Notes: generated from the sequence alone by a model not told the origin. A DNA stretch of 64,000 nt from Acidimicrobiales bacterium (GCA_965216685.1 OZ244195.1:87780-151779); one strand, 5' to 3'. Shown: positions 19,298-29,003, counted from the stretch's first letter. Numbers and translations are program-made.

Positions 19298-21157
19298 TCA
19301 GCCCATCGAACCGGTGTTGTACCGGCGTTTGAGGCCGTCCTGGTGGGCGCTGATGGCCAGGAACGCCCGTTTCAGATTGTCGCGTTCCAGCCGGCTCAGC
19401 TCGTTGGGGTCGAGGTAGTTGTCGGGATCGGCTCCTCGTTCGATCTGGCGGCGCTGGTGTTGCAGGCGGTAGTAGCCGACGTACTCCAGCGCCACCGACA
19501 GATCCAGGGCATCGTCGGGGGCCAGGGCCGGCGTCGGACCGAGAGCCCGCAGCCGGTCAAAGGTGTTGGTCACATCCAACTCCTCCGACAGGGCCAGCAC
19601 CCGAGCCAACTCGATGACCGGCGTGACCCCCCGTCCCTTGAGATCAAGTCGGTCACGGTGCTCACCGTCCTTCTCCACCACAAACCGGCGGAAGAACCCG
19701 ATCGGCGGTTTGAACTCGGTGCCGTTGGCCGCCAGCTGACCGAGGAAGAGCGGATGAGCTGCCGCCTGGGAAAGGCTCCACTGGCGGTATCGACGGGTCA
19801 AGGTGGCATCTCCGTGGAGGTGGCGGGAGTCGAAGAAGACCGCTGCGTTGAGCACCGCCTCCGGGGTGGGCGCCGTGACCCAAGCCGTCACGTACCCCTG
19901 CCAGGTCTCGAGGCTGACCGACCAACGGGGATTGGTGGCCATGATGTCGCCGGGGCACAGCCGCCAGCCGGCGGCGGCCAGGCCATCGCAGACGAAACGG
20001 GCCCACTCGGCAAAATACCGGGCCTCCCGCTCGTTGGGATCTCGGGCCAGGATCAGGGCGTTGTCCTGATCGGAGTAGGCGGTCTGCTCCATACGAGCCT
20101 GAGAGCCGAAACAGACGAAAGCATAGGCCATTGGCGGCGGCCCCAGCTTGGCGTCGGCCAGCTGGGCCAGACGGACCGAGGCGGCATCGGTGACCGAGGT
20201 GACCAGGCGGCCGACCGTTTCGGCCTTGGCGTCGGCGGCCATCAGCTGCTGCAGCATCCGAGGTACATGGGCCGCCGCGGCCACGATCTCCTCGACGTCG
20301 GCCGCCTTCGACATGTTGCCCACGACGAAGACGGGATCACTGGTCAGGGCCACGTGGAGGTCATTGATGGAGACCACCCCCAGAGGCCGATTGCCGACAT
20401 CGACGATGGGAAGATGATGAATGTTGTTTTCCGTCATCAGCAGCAGAGCGGCCTGACCCGGCGTCTCCGGACCAACGGTGACGAGATCACCGGTCATCAC
20501 CTCGGCCACCGCCGTCGACAGATTCCGGTGGGCGGCCACGATCCGACTTCTGATGTCCCGATCGGTGACGATTCCCGCCAACTGTCCTTGATTGGCCAGG
20601 ACCAGCACCGACGAGACGCCGTTCTCGGTCATGATCTGAGCCGCCCGATCAACCGGGGTGTCGATGGGAACGGCCACCGGTCCACGCTGGCACAACGAAC
20701 CACAGCTGATGGTCAACAGGCTTGGCCGTTCCATTGCCTGGTCGGACGCGGCCTCCATCGCCCGATCTTCGATGATGGCCATCAGCCGCCGATCGAAGTC
20801 GACCGACTGGGTGCGCAACCAGCCGATCGGTTCGGATCCGAATCGGCAAAAGACGCTGTCCTCGATCAGCTCGCAGCTACTCCGGGTCAGACGACCGGTC
20901 GCGGCCGAGACCACACCGAGGGTGTCCCGCTCGGCCGCTCGTCCCACCAGTTCACCGTGGCCGTTGTGGAGCTCGACTGCGCCCTTGATCAGCACGAAAA
21001 TGTCGCTGTTCTCCTGACCGTGATCCACCAGCCGACTTCCGCTTCGTTGGTATTCGACCGTGCAGCGGACGGCGGCCCAGCGCAACAGTTCGTCATCGAG
21101 TTCGGAGAACAATTCAGAGTTCCTCAGATGTTCGACCAGCTCGTCGATTTCGACCAT
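19298..21157 (-). CDS. Cyclic-nucleotide-binding + tandem CBS + DUF294 putative nucleotidyltransferase
   Basis: Track ORF 19298..21193 starts at a TTG. ATG 21157 is preferred. The N-terminal cNMP-binding-like region is followed by CBS pairs (VSSVLV..GIVTDRDI; IHHLPIV) and a DUF294-like C-terminus (FGSQARMEQTAYSDQDNALI). Confidence 0.7.
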   Translation of the reverse strand: MVEIDELVEHLRNSELFSELDDELLRWAAVRCTVEYQRSGSRLVDHGQENSDIFVLIKGAVELHNGHGELVGRAAERDTLGVVSAATGRLTRSSCELIEDSVFCRFGSEPIGWLRTQSVDFDRRLMAIIEDRAMEAASDQAMERPSLLTISCGSLCQRGPVAVPIDTPVDRAAQIMTENGVSSVLVLANQGQLAGIVTDRDIRSRIVAAHRNLSTAVAEVMTGDLVTVGPETPGQAALLLMTENNIHHLPIVDVGNRPLGVVSINDLHVALTSDPVFVVGNMSKAADVEEIVAAAAHVPRMLQQLMAADAKAETVGRLVTSVTDAASVRLAQLADAKLGPPPMAYAFVCFGSQARMEQTAYSDQDNALILARDPNEREARYFAEWARFVCDGLAAAGWRLCPGDIMATNPRWSVSLETWQGYVTAWVTAPTPEAVLNAAVFFDSRHLHGDATLTRRYRQWSLSQAAAHPLFLGQLAANGTEFKPPIGFFRRFVVEKDGEHRDRLDLKGRGVTPVIELARVLALSEELDVTNTFDRLRALGPTPALAPDDALDLSVALEYVGYYRLQHQRRQIERGADPDNYLDPNELSRLERDNLKRAFLAISAHQDGLKRRYNTGSMG

Positions 21158-21234
21158 GGCATCGAGTCCAGCACGTTCGGCTAACGGTGGCAACCACGGG
21201 GCGCTACGGTGAATCGCCGAGAAGACGAATAGTC

Positions 21235-21936
21235 ATGATTGGCACCACCCTCACCATCCTCAGCTGGAATCTGGCCCTGTTCGAACGTTCGGAGCAAGCG
21301 CCCACCTACTGGGGCCAGTCCGACGTCGAGGCCGCCGCCCGTCAGGACATCCTCGACCTCGCTCCCGACATCGTGGCCTACCAGGAACTGCCCGGGCTCG
21401 TGCCCTTCGTCGAGACCCACGACATGATTCGAGCCAACCCCCGCACCCACAGCGGCAACCTGGCCACGTTGGTGAGCCACGACCTGATGGCCACCAAGCC
21501 CAGCTTCTCGACGGTGGACAAGACGGCCGTGTTGACCACCTTCGACCAGCTCGGGCTCACAGTGGCCAACGTGCACCTCGCCCCGGGCAAGGGTTCAGCC
21601 GGACTGCGTCTCGACCAGCTGGCTGCGATACAGGAGGCCAACCCCTCACCCCGACTGGTGATCGTCGGTGACACCAACACCCGGGTCGAAGAGGAGACCG
21701 GCGTGGAGGACAAAGGACTGACCGCCCCCCGCCCGCCCGGTCCGACCTGGGACGGTCACCGCAACCGCTTTCGGGGCGACAGCGGCCGGTTCCGGGCCTA
21801 CTTCACCCGCGCCATGACCTCCGGACCGGTCACGATCACCGACCAACGGCTACTGGACGTTCCCCGCCGGATCGACGGGCAGGAGTTCCACCTCAGCGAC
21901 CACTTCGCCCTGATCGTCGAGATCACGATCTCCTGA
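21235..21936 (+). CDS. Endonuclease/exonuclease/phosphatase (EEP) family protein
   Basis: Track ORF 21187..21936 is trimmed to ATG 21235. The motifs LSWNL, VVAYQE, GDTN and SDHF are typical of the EEP family. Confidence 0.65.
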   Translation: MIGTTLTILSWNLALFERSEQAPTYWGQSDVEAAARQDILDLAPDIVAYQELPGLVPFVETHDMIRANPRTHSGNLATLVSHDLMATKPSFSTVDKTAVLTTFDQLGLTVANVHLAPGKGSAGLRLDQLAAIQEANPSPRLVIVGDTNTRVEEETGVEDKGLTAPRPPGPTWDGHRNRFRGDSGRFRAYFTRAMTSGPVTITDQRLLDVPRRIDGQEFHLSDHFALIVEITIS

Positions 21937-21941
21937 CGTGG

Positions 21942-23207
21942 TCAGTCGGGCCGGGGCCAGACCACGACTCGACGGCCGACGTAACCGACCCGAACCTCAT
22001 CGCCGGGACGGTACGACGAGTCGGTGGTGCGCACCAACAGGATGGCGCTGCCACTTTCAACCTGGTAGAGCACATCGTGACCGAAATACTCGGCCGACTG
22101 CACAACACCGACGACACTGCGGTCGGAGTCACCGCGTTCGGATTCACTGCGTTCGGATTCACTGCGTTCGGATTCACTACGGTCGGATCCGGGGCCGGCG
22201 ATCTCCAACTGCTCGGGGCGGATCAGCACATCGACCAGGGTTTGACCGGGGTCGGCAACACCGCCGGCCGCCCCACCATCGCCGGAGGAATCGACCACCA
22301 CGGCCTCGTGATCACCGAACGGGGTATTGACCAACCCGATATCGGTCCCGGTTGACGGCCCGGCGCTGAGGCGACCCGACACCAGATTGACCTCACCCAC
22401 GAAGTCGGCCACCCATCTATTGCGGGGACGATCGTAGAGCTCGGTGGACGGCCCGACCTGCACCAGGACCCCTTCTCGCATCAAAGCCACCCGATCGGCG
22501 AACACAAAAGCTTCATCCTGATCATGGGTCACCACGATGGTGGTGATCCCGATCTGTTGCAGGATGCCCTTGACATCGCGACGGATCTGATTTCGCATAC
22601 CGGCATCAAGAGCGGAGAACGGCTCGTCGAGGAGCAGGACGGCCGGGTTGGGGGCCAGGGCCCGAGCCAGCGCCACCCGCTGCCGTTGGCCCCCGGACAA
22701 CGAATCAGGCAGGCGATCAGCCAGCTCCGACAACTCGACCAGGGCCAACATCTCGGCGGTACGCCGCTGTGGGTCGGTGTGGCCCCGCAGCCCGAAGGCC
22801 ACGTTCTCGGCCACTGTGAGGTGAGGAAACAGGGCACCGTGCTGGAAAACCATGCCCACCCGCCGTCGATGGGGCTCGGCGTGCACTCCGGGACCATCGA
22901 CCAGCGTGTCGCCGATGCGGATCTCACCGGCCGTTGGTTGCTGCAGGCCGGCAATGGCTCGCAGCAGCGTTGTCTTACCGCAGCCCGAGGGGCCCAGCAG
23001 CGACAGCGTCTCCCCGGGAGAGACATCGATCGAGACGTCGTGAAGGACGTCGGTGTCGGGCCGGTAGCCAACGGTCAGCCTCTCGACCAGTACCCGGGCT
23101 CGCCGCCCAGCCGACGGGCCGGCGTCGCCACCGTCGAATTCGGTAGCGGTGTCAGCACTGGACGAGGTCTCAGGGCTGGCGCTGTCGGGTCGGCTGTCCA
23201 CCAGCAC
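21942..23207 (-). CDS. Fe(III)/polyamine-type ABC importer ATP-binding protein (FbpC/PotA-like)
   Basis: Walker A GPSGCGKTT, signature LSGGQRQR and Walker B LLLDEP are present, with a C-terminal TOBE-like domain that carries an SERSE repeat insert. Confidence 0.8.
   Translation of the reverse strand: MLVDSRPDSASPETSSSADTATEFDGGDAGPSAGRRARVLVERLTVGYRPDTDVLHDVSIDVSPGETLSLLGPSGCGKTTLLRAIAGLQQPTAGEIRIGDTLVDGPGVHAEPHRRRVGMVFQHGALFPHLTVAENVAFGLRGHTDPQRRTAEMLALVELSELADRLPDSLSGGQRQRVALARALAPNPAVLLLDEPFSALDAGMRNQIRRDVKGILQQIGITTIVVTHDQDEAFVFADRVALMREGVLVQVGPSTELYDRPRNRWVADFVGEVNLVSGRLSAGPSTGTDIGLVNTPFGDHEAVVVDSSGDGGAAGGVADPGQTLVDVLIRPEQLEIAGPGSDRSESERSESERSESERGDSDRSVVGVVQSAEYFGHDVLYQVESGSAILLVRTTDSSYRPGDEVRVGYVGRRVVVWPRPD
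22119..22193. repeat. 15-bp tandem repeat (gcgttcggattcact): 3 perfect copies plus 2 degenerate flanking copies
   Basis: Perfect copies lie at 22134-22148, 22149-22163 and 22164-22178. The repeat is in frame (5 codons) and encodes ..SESERSESERSESER.. on the minus strand inside the ABC ATPase. Confidence 0.85.
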
Positions 23208-23208
23208 G

Positions 23209-24840
23209 TCACCCTACCTCGAACAGGTGTCGATTGGGACGAAGCACCACCAGCCAGGTCAACGCCCCCGACACCAACAACAGAACGAGGGCGGCCACCG
23301 CCGTCTCGCCGTAGAAGCCTTCGGCGTAGCCCGACCAGATCCTGGTGGCCAAGGTGTCGAAGCCAATGGGCGCCAGCAGGAGGGTGGCCGGTAGCTCCTT
23401 GACCGTCGACAGCAGTACCAAGCCGGCGCCAGAGACCAGACCGGGACGCATCAGGGGTAGCTGGATCGACCACAGTCGCCGGGCCACCAGCGGCTCCAGC
23501 AGCCAGGCCGACTCCCGCAACTCGTTGGGAACGGCCCGCACCGCCGTTTCCGAAGCTCCCAGTGCCTGGGCCCCGAAGTGCACGATGTAGACGGCGATCA
23601 GGGCGGGGAAGCTCTGGTAGAGCCAGGAGAATCCGGGGGTGCGCAGCGTCCAGAACACCATGGACAGGGCCAGCACCACGCCGGGAAGGGCAAAGCCGGT
23701 GAGCACGGCGCCGCTGCAGATCGAACTGAGCCGGGACCGGCTCCGTATCGATAACACGGCAACCGGGATCATGGCCCCCACGGCCAGGGCGGCGGTCACC
23801 GAACCGGCCAGGGCGGTGTTGAGAATGGCTCCCGGTAGACGGCCCAGGTTGACCCGGTTGTCGAGCAGGCCACGGGTGGCCCAGACGGCCAGGCTGGCGA
23901 TGGGCACGATCAGGGCCAGGGTGGCCACCAACCACGCGCCCAGGGCCGACGGCCAGCGGGCCCGCCCCAGCCGCACGGTGGGCTCCAGCCGGATCTCGGC
24001 CTGGCTGTCGGGGCCCAGTGAAGGCCGAATGGTGCGCTCCAGGCCCACCACGACGACGGCCAGGATCATCAGCACGGCGGCGGCCATGAACGAGACGCCC
24101 CGGTCGGCCAGGAACGAGGAGAAGATGACCCGGGTCAGGGTGTCGAAGCGGAGCAGCTGGACCGCCCCGAATTCCGACAGTGAATAGAGGAACACCAGGA
24201 GGGTGCCGCTGAGGATGGCCGGCCGCAGCTGGCGGAGGGTCACGGCCAGGAAGGTCTCCCACGACGACCGACCCAGCAGCCGGGCCGACTCGTGCAACGC
24301 CGGTGACAGGGCCTGGGCCCGGGCCATGACCGGCAGCAGGACATAGGGGTAGGTGAAGAGGCTGAGGATGGCCCATGACGGCCAGAACCCCCCGATCCTG
24401 ACCGGTGCGTCGCTGCCTCGCAGCGGCTGCACGATGCCGTCGATCACCCAGTAGAGCACGCCGGAGGGGGCCAGAGCGGCCAGATAGGCCGCCGCCCCCA
24501 CGAACGACGGCAGGACGAGGGCCAGGGGCAGCACCACCCGCAGGATCCTGGCCGTGGGCACATCGGTCACGACCAGCAGCCAACCCAGCGCGGTGCCCAG
24601 GACGGCGGCGGTGGCCGACACGGTGACGGCCAGCAGCAGGCTGCGGGCCGTCGGGGCCAGGGACTCTGTCACCCCGTCCGGGGTCCACAGTTGACCGGCC
24701 CGGATACCGATGTAGAAGGCCGGCATGACAAAGGCCACGGCCACCGCCACCACGGCGATCTGCAGCGGCCGCTGATCGGCTGACAACCACCGATTGCCAA
24801 GGGGCCCCAGGCCCGAAGCCGGCCGATCAATCCAGGCCAT
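23209..24840 (-). CDS. Fe(III) ABC transporter permease, two-domain (FbpB-like)
   Basis: Track ORF 23209..24966 is trimmed to ATG 24840 to avoid overlapping the substrate-binding gene. The protein has about 12 transmembrane segments and duplicated permease halves. Confidence 0.75.
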   Translation of the reverse strand: MAWIDRPASGLGPLGNRWLSADQRPLQIAVVAVAVAFVMPAFYIGIRAGQLWTPDGVTESLAPTARSLLLAVTVSATAAVLGTALGWLLVVTDVPTARILRVVLPLALVLPSFVGAAAYLAALAPSGVLYWVIDGIVQPLRGSDAPVRIGGFWPSWAILSLFTYPYVLLPVMARAQALSPALHESARLLGRSSWETFLAVTLRQLRPAILSGTLLVFLYSLSEFGAVQLLRFDTLTRVIFSSFLADRGVSFMAAAVLMILAVVVVGLERTIRPSLGPDSQAEIRLEPTVRLGRARWPSALGAWLVATLALIVPIASLAVWATRGLLDNRVNLGRLPGAILNTALAGSVTAALAVGAMIPVAVLSIRSRSRLSSICSGAVLTGFALPGVVLALSMVFWTLRTPGFSWLYQSFPALIAVYIVHFGAQALGASETAVRAVPNELRESAWLLEPLVARRLWSIQLPLMRPGLVSGAGLVLLSTVKELPATLLLAPIGFDTLATRIWSGYAEGFYGETAVAALVLLLVSGALTWLVVLRPNRHLFEVG

Positions 24841-24874
24841 AGCGGTGCGGTGCGCTCCTTTCCCGGCCTGTCGT

Positions 24875-25936
24875 CTAGCCGTCGAATCCGGCTTGGCCGA
24901 TGAGATCGCGGGTGGCTGAGAGACCACCCTCAAGCTCCTCCAGATCCAAGCTGCCGACATCGGCAAAGGATGCTTCGGGAATCTCGGCGGCCGGGCTGAT
25001 CCCTTCGACCAGCGGATACTCGAATGTCTCGTCGGCGAAGTAGCGTTGGGCCGACTCCGACAGCATCCAGGTCAACAGTGCGTCGGCCGCCTCGGTGTTG
25101 TCCGAACTGGCCAAGCGGGCCGCCGCAGTGACGATCAGCAGGCTGCCCAGGTCGTCTTGGGCCAACTGGTGGTTGAGAGCCGGGTGATCGGGGTTCTCGT
25201 CGACGGCCCGGTAGTTGTAGTAGTGGTTGACCAGGCCGGCGTCGACTTCACCTCGGGCCACCGCCTCGACGATGGCGCTGTTCTTGGCATAGCTGACCGC
25301 TTCGTTGTCCACCAACCCCTCGAGCCAGGCCAGGGTGGCGTCGTCGCCGAGCTCGAATCGCATGGCGGTGACGAAGTCCTGGAAGGAGCCGTTGGCCGGA
25401 GCGACGCCGAGGCGGCCCTTCCAGGCCGGATCGGTCAGCTCGGTGATCGACTGGGGAAGCTCGTCGGCGCTGACCCGATCAGGGTGGTAGACCAGGACCC
25501 GCTGGCGTCCGCTGATGCCGACCCAGCGGCCGTCGTCATCCCGCACGGTGCTGGGTACGAGGTCGAGCACCTCGTCGGGAAGATCGGCCAGCAGTCCGGC
25601 CTGATCGAGGAAGCCCACCGCTCCCGGACTCTGCGAGAGGAAGATGTCGGCCGGCGAGGCGTCGCCCTCCTCGGCAATCAGGGCGGCCAGGGTGTCGGAC
25701 TCGTCATAGCGGACGTCGACCTCGATGCCGGTCTCGGCGGTGAAGTCCTCCAGCACGGCGGCCATGAGATCCTCGTTGCGCCCGGAGTAGACGGTCACCG
25801 TTCCATCGGCGCCTCCGCTTGTTGTGTCGTCTCCGGAGGAGTCTCCACAGGAGGTGGCCAGCAGGGAAACGGCCAACAGAGCGGCAACGGCGGTTGAGGT
25901 CGCTCGAAACTTCGGATTGAATCGTGTTCTGCTCAT
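24875..25936 (-). CDS. Fe(III) ABC transporter substrate-binding lipoprotein (FbpA/AfuA-like)
   Basis: 353-aa ORF with a lipobox (LLATSC) after the signal peptide. It is the first gene of a three-gene operon, divergent from ideR. Confidence 0.75.
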   Translation of the reverse strand: MSRTRFNPKFRATSTAVAALLAVSLLATSCGDSSGDDTTSGGADGTVTVYSGRNEDLMAAVLEDFTAETGIEVDVRYDESDTLAALIAEEGDASPADIFLSQSPGAVGFLDQAGLLADLPDEVLDLVPSTVRDDDGRWVGISGRQRVLVYHPDRVSADELPQSITELTDPAWKGRLGVAPANGSFQDFVTAMRFELGDDATLAWLEGLVDNEAVSYAKNSAIVEAVARGEVDAGLVNHYYNYRAVDENPDHPALNHQLAQDDLGSLLIVTAAARLASSDNTEAADALLTWMLSESAQRYFADETFEYPLVEGISPAAEIPEASFADVGSLDLEELEGGLSATRDLIGQAGFDG

Positions 25937-25969
25937 CGGGGAGCCAGTGTAACGAGTTGTCGACGTTTG

Positions 25970-25988
25970 TTAGGTTCACCTACCAACA
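25970..25988. promoter_or_regulatory. Candidate IdeR/DtxR operator (iron box)
   Basis: TTAGGTTCACCTACCAACA matches the consensus TTAGGTTAGGCTAACCTAA with a perfect left half-site and about 12/19 overall. It lies in the divergent region between the Fe ABC operon and ideR. Confidence 0.3.
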
Positions 25989-26063
25989 TATTACAGGTGA
26001 GACTTCTGTCATACATCAAGGACGCTCAGCACAGCCCATACAGCATCGGTTATAGTTAATGTC

Positions 26064-26741
26064 ATGACTGGGTACACCTCACCGGAACACCACCCGGCCT
26101 TCGAGGAGTACTGCGAAACCATCTTCGAACTGGCCGAAGACGGCCTCCAGGTCATCCAGGCCCGTATCGCCGAACGGCTCGAAGTTTCCCGGCCCGCGGT
26201 GTCGGAAATGATCCGTCGGCTGTCGGAAGAAGGACTGGTCACCACCAACGACGACGGCCTGATCGAGCTGACCGCCGATGGCCAGTCGCTGGCCCAGACC
26301 ATGGTTCGCCGCCACCGCCTGGCCGAACGGTTCCTGACCGACATCCTCGAACTGTCGTGGGCCGAGGCCCACCACGAGGCCGGCAAGTGGGAACACGTCA
26401 TCAGCCCCCAGGTCGAAGCGGCCATCGTCAAGAAGCTGGGCGACCCGACGACCTGCCCCCACGGCAACCCGATCCCCGGCTCCGACTACGTGGAACCGGA
26501 ACTGATTCCGATGGTCGAGGCCGATCGCGGCTCGGCCATGGTGATCACCAGGATCCCCGAGGAGTTGGAGTTCACCCCTGGCCTGCTCGAGTTCCTGGAA
26601 GACAACCAGGTGCTCCCGGGAACAACGGCCAAGGTGTTGGCCATCTCCCCCGATGGCACCACCACCCTGGAGGTCGACGACAAGGTGGTGGGCATCAGCG
26701 CCTTCACCGCCGAACGCATCATGGTGACCCAATCGAGCTGA
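26064..26741 (+). CDS. ideR: Iron-dependent transcriptional repressor (DtxR/IdeR family)
   Basis: 225-aa ORF with an N-terminal winged helix-turn-helix (IAERLEVSRPAVSEMIRRL), a metal-binding/dimerisation region and a C-terminal SH3/FeoA-like domain. Confidence 0.85.
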   Translation: MTGYTSPEHHPAFEEYCETIFELAEDGLQVIQARIAERLEVSRPAVSEMIRRLSEEGLVTTNDDGLIELTADGQSLAQTMVRRHRLAERFLTDILELSWAEAHHEAGKWEHVISPQVEAAIVKKLGDPTTCPHGNPIPGSDYVEPELIPMVEADRGSAMVITRIPEELEFTPGLLEFLEDNQVLPGTTAKVLAISPDGTTTLEVDDKVVGISAFTAERIMVTQSS

Positions 26742-26767
26742 CGATCCGAGTCGGTCAACCCGCCCGA

Positions 26768-27601
26768 TCAGCCGGCACGCACACAGCGGTTCACCAGCCG
26801 ACCGATACCTTCCACCTCGACCACCACCTCATCGCCGGCGGTCAGAAACTCCGGCGGCGTGCGGGCCACCCCCACTCCCCCGGGGGTCCCGGTGGAGATG
26901 ATGTCGCCGGGGTCCAGGGTCATGATCCGGCTCAGATCGGCCACGATCTCCGCCGGCCCGAAAACCAGATGATCGGTGGATGAGGCCTGTTTGACCTCGC
27001 CGTTGACCGTGGTCGACAGGCTGAGGCCGCGACCGTCGCCCAGCACGTCGGCCGTCACCAGACCGGGACCGACCGGCGTGGTCGACTCCCAGGTCTTGCC
27101 GGCCACGAACTGGGAGGTCCGGGTCTGCCAATCACGGACCGACACATCGTTGAGGGCGCAATAGCCGGCAATGGCGGCCAGTGCCTCGGCCCGATCGGCG
27201 TTGCGTACCGGGCGGCCGATCACCAGTGCCAACTCGCACTCCCAGTCGACCGAGGTCGACAGTTCGGTGGCCGGCAGGACGATGTCATCACCGGCCCCGA
27301 TGAGGGACCGATGGTACTTGGCGAAGTAGGTCGGATGGTCGGGCGGCTGCCGACCCATCTCGGCGATATGGTCGGCATAGTTCACGCCGACGCAGACGAT
27401 CTTGTCCGGGCGGGGAACCACCGGGGCCAGCTCGGCCTCGGCCCGGGCCACCACCTCTCCGCTATCGGCGGCGGCGGCCTCGACCAATCCGCCGTCGGCC
27501 AACAGCTCCTTGACCGATGGCCAGCGCAGCAGGACGATCTCCGTGCCCTCCACCCGCCCGGCTCTCGTCTTGCCGTCATGACGTACCGTCACCAGCTCCA
27601 T
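26768..27601 (-). CDS. Fumarylacetoacetate hydrolase (FAH) family protein
   Basis: 277-aa ORF. The C-terminal motif (GDIISTGTPGGVG) is typical of the FAH family. Confidence 0.8.
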   Translation of the reverse strand: MELVTVRHDGKTRAGRVEGTEIVLLRWPSVKELLADGGLVEAAAADSGEVVARAEAELAPVVPRPDKIVCVGVNYADHIAEMGRQPPDHPTYFAKYHRSLIGAGDDIVLPATELSTSVDWECELALVIGRPVRNADRAEALAAIAGYCALNDVSVRDWQTRTSQFVAGKTWESTTPVGPGLVTADVLGDGRGLSLSTTVNGEVKQASSTDHLVFGPAEIVADLSRIMTLDPGDIISTGTPGGVGVARTPPEFLTAGDEVVVEVEGIGRLVNRCVRAG

Positions 27602-27704
27602 GGGCCGTGATCATACCCAACCACTTTTCCCTCCGAGGCGATCTGAGTCATACTGGCCCAAATACGGCGACGGTCGCCGAGTCGATAGTGCGTGAGGTGA
27701 GCCG

Positions 27705-29003
27705 ATGGGCGACAAGATCGCTCGCAGTCTGGCCGAGAAGGGGCATCATTTCGTCCGGGCCGGGCACGAAACCCACCATTTGCAGCTGGGCCCGGGCCCT
27801 GAACTCGAATCGCAGTGGCAGGCCGCCGGTTTGAGCCTGCCCGATCTCGACGCCCTCCGCCAGTACCGGATCGAACGGGTGCGCTCCCAGCTGGAGGCCA
27901 TGGGCTACGACGGTGCCATTCTCATGGATCCGATGAACATCCGCTACGCCACCGACACCACCAACATGCAGGTGTGGGTCATGCACAACGCCTCCCGCTA
28001 CGCCTGGGTGGGGGTGGACGGATCGGTCATCGTGTGGGAGTTCTACGAGTGCGACTTCATGGCCGGCCACAACCGCAACGTGACCGAGATTCGGCCGGCC
28101 GTCGGTACCACCTTCTTCCTGGCCGGCCCCCGCTACGAGGAACAAGCTCGCCGCTGGACGACCGAGATGTTGGATGTGATCGCCACCCACTGCGGGCCAA
28201 GACCTCGCATCGCCATCGACCAGTGCCAGTATCTGTGCTACCGGTTCCTGGAGGAAGGCGGGGTGACCATCGGGTCGGGCCAGGAGGTCATGGAGCTGGC
28301 CCGGGCCATCAAGGGACCCGATGAGATTGCGGCCATGCGCTGCGCCATGCATGCCTGTGAGACGACTATGGGCGAGATGCGAGCAGCGCTGCAGCCGGGC
28401 ATGACCGAGCGTGAGCTGTGGGCCCTGCTCCACGAGGGCAACATCCGGCGGGCCGGCGAGTGGATCGAAACCCAGATTCTGGCCTCCGGACCGCGAACCA
28501 ACCCATGGATGCAGGAGGCATCGAGCCGGGTTATCGAAAACGGGGATCTGGTCGGCTACGACACCGACCTGGTGGGAGCCTACGGGATGATGGTCGACAT
28601 CTCCCGCACCTGGATCGCCGGCGACCGGCGACCGACGGCCACCCAGCTCACGACCTATCGTCTGGCCCGGGAACAGATCGATCGCAACTCCGAACTCCTG
28701 GCCCCCGGCCGTTCCTTCCGGGAGTTGACCGACAAGGCGTGGACGCCGCCGATCAACGACTACCGTCACTATTGCGTCTTGTTCCACGGCGTGGGCCAGT
28801 GCGACGAGTATCCCGACATCGTCTTCCCCGAGCACTGGGACGACATTGGCTTCGACGGGATTCTGGAGCCGGGCATGGTGCTGACGACCGAGGCGTACGT
28901 CGGCGACCGGGCCGGCCAGTCCGAAGGAGTCAAGCTGGAGGAGCAGTACCTCATAACCGAGACCGGGGCCGAGCAGCTCAGCCGGTTCCCGCTCGACCTG
29001 TAG
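27705..29003 (+). CDS. M24 family metallopeptidase/creatinase-like hydrolase
   Basis: 432-aa ORF with a creatinase-like N-terminal domain and a pita-bread C-terminal domain (motifs GYDTD, HGVGQ, EPGMVLT.E). Confidence 0.7.
   Translation: MGDKIARSLAEKGHHFVRAGHETHHLQLGPGPELESQWQAAGLSLPDLDALRQYRIERVRSQLEAMGYDGAILMDPMNIRYATDTTNMQVWVMHNASRYAWVGVDGSVIVWEFYECDFMAGHNRNVTEIRPAVGTTFFLAGPRYEEQARRWTTEMLDVIATHCGPRPRIAIDQCQYLCYRFLEEGGVTIGSGQEVMELARAIKGPDEIAAMRCAMHACETTMGEMRAALQPGMTERELWALLHEGNIRRAGEWIETQILASGPRTNPWMQEASSRVIENGDLVGYDTDLVGAYGMMVDISRTWIAGDRRPTATQLTTYRLAREQIDRNSELLAPGRSFRELTDKAWTPPINDYRHYCVLFHGVGQCDEYPDIVFPEHWDDIGFDGILEPGMVLTTEAYVGDRAGQSEGVKLEEQYLITETGAEQLSRFPLDL

Noticed and set aside
19343-21184. 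613-aa plus-strand ORF
   Set aside because: It is antisense to the cNMP/CBS/DUF294 gene and has low-complexity G/R/D/Q-rich sequence.
23075-24790. 571-aa minus-strand ORF in an alternate frame of the Fe(III) permease gene
   Set aside because: The translation is Arg/Pro/Gly-rich with no hydrophobic segments, whereas the 23209..24840 frame gives a textbook polytopic permease.
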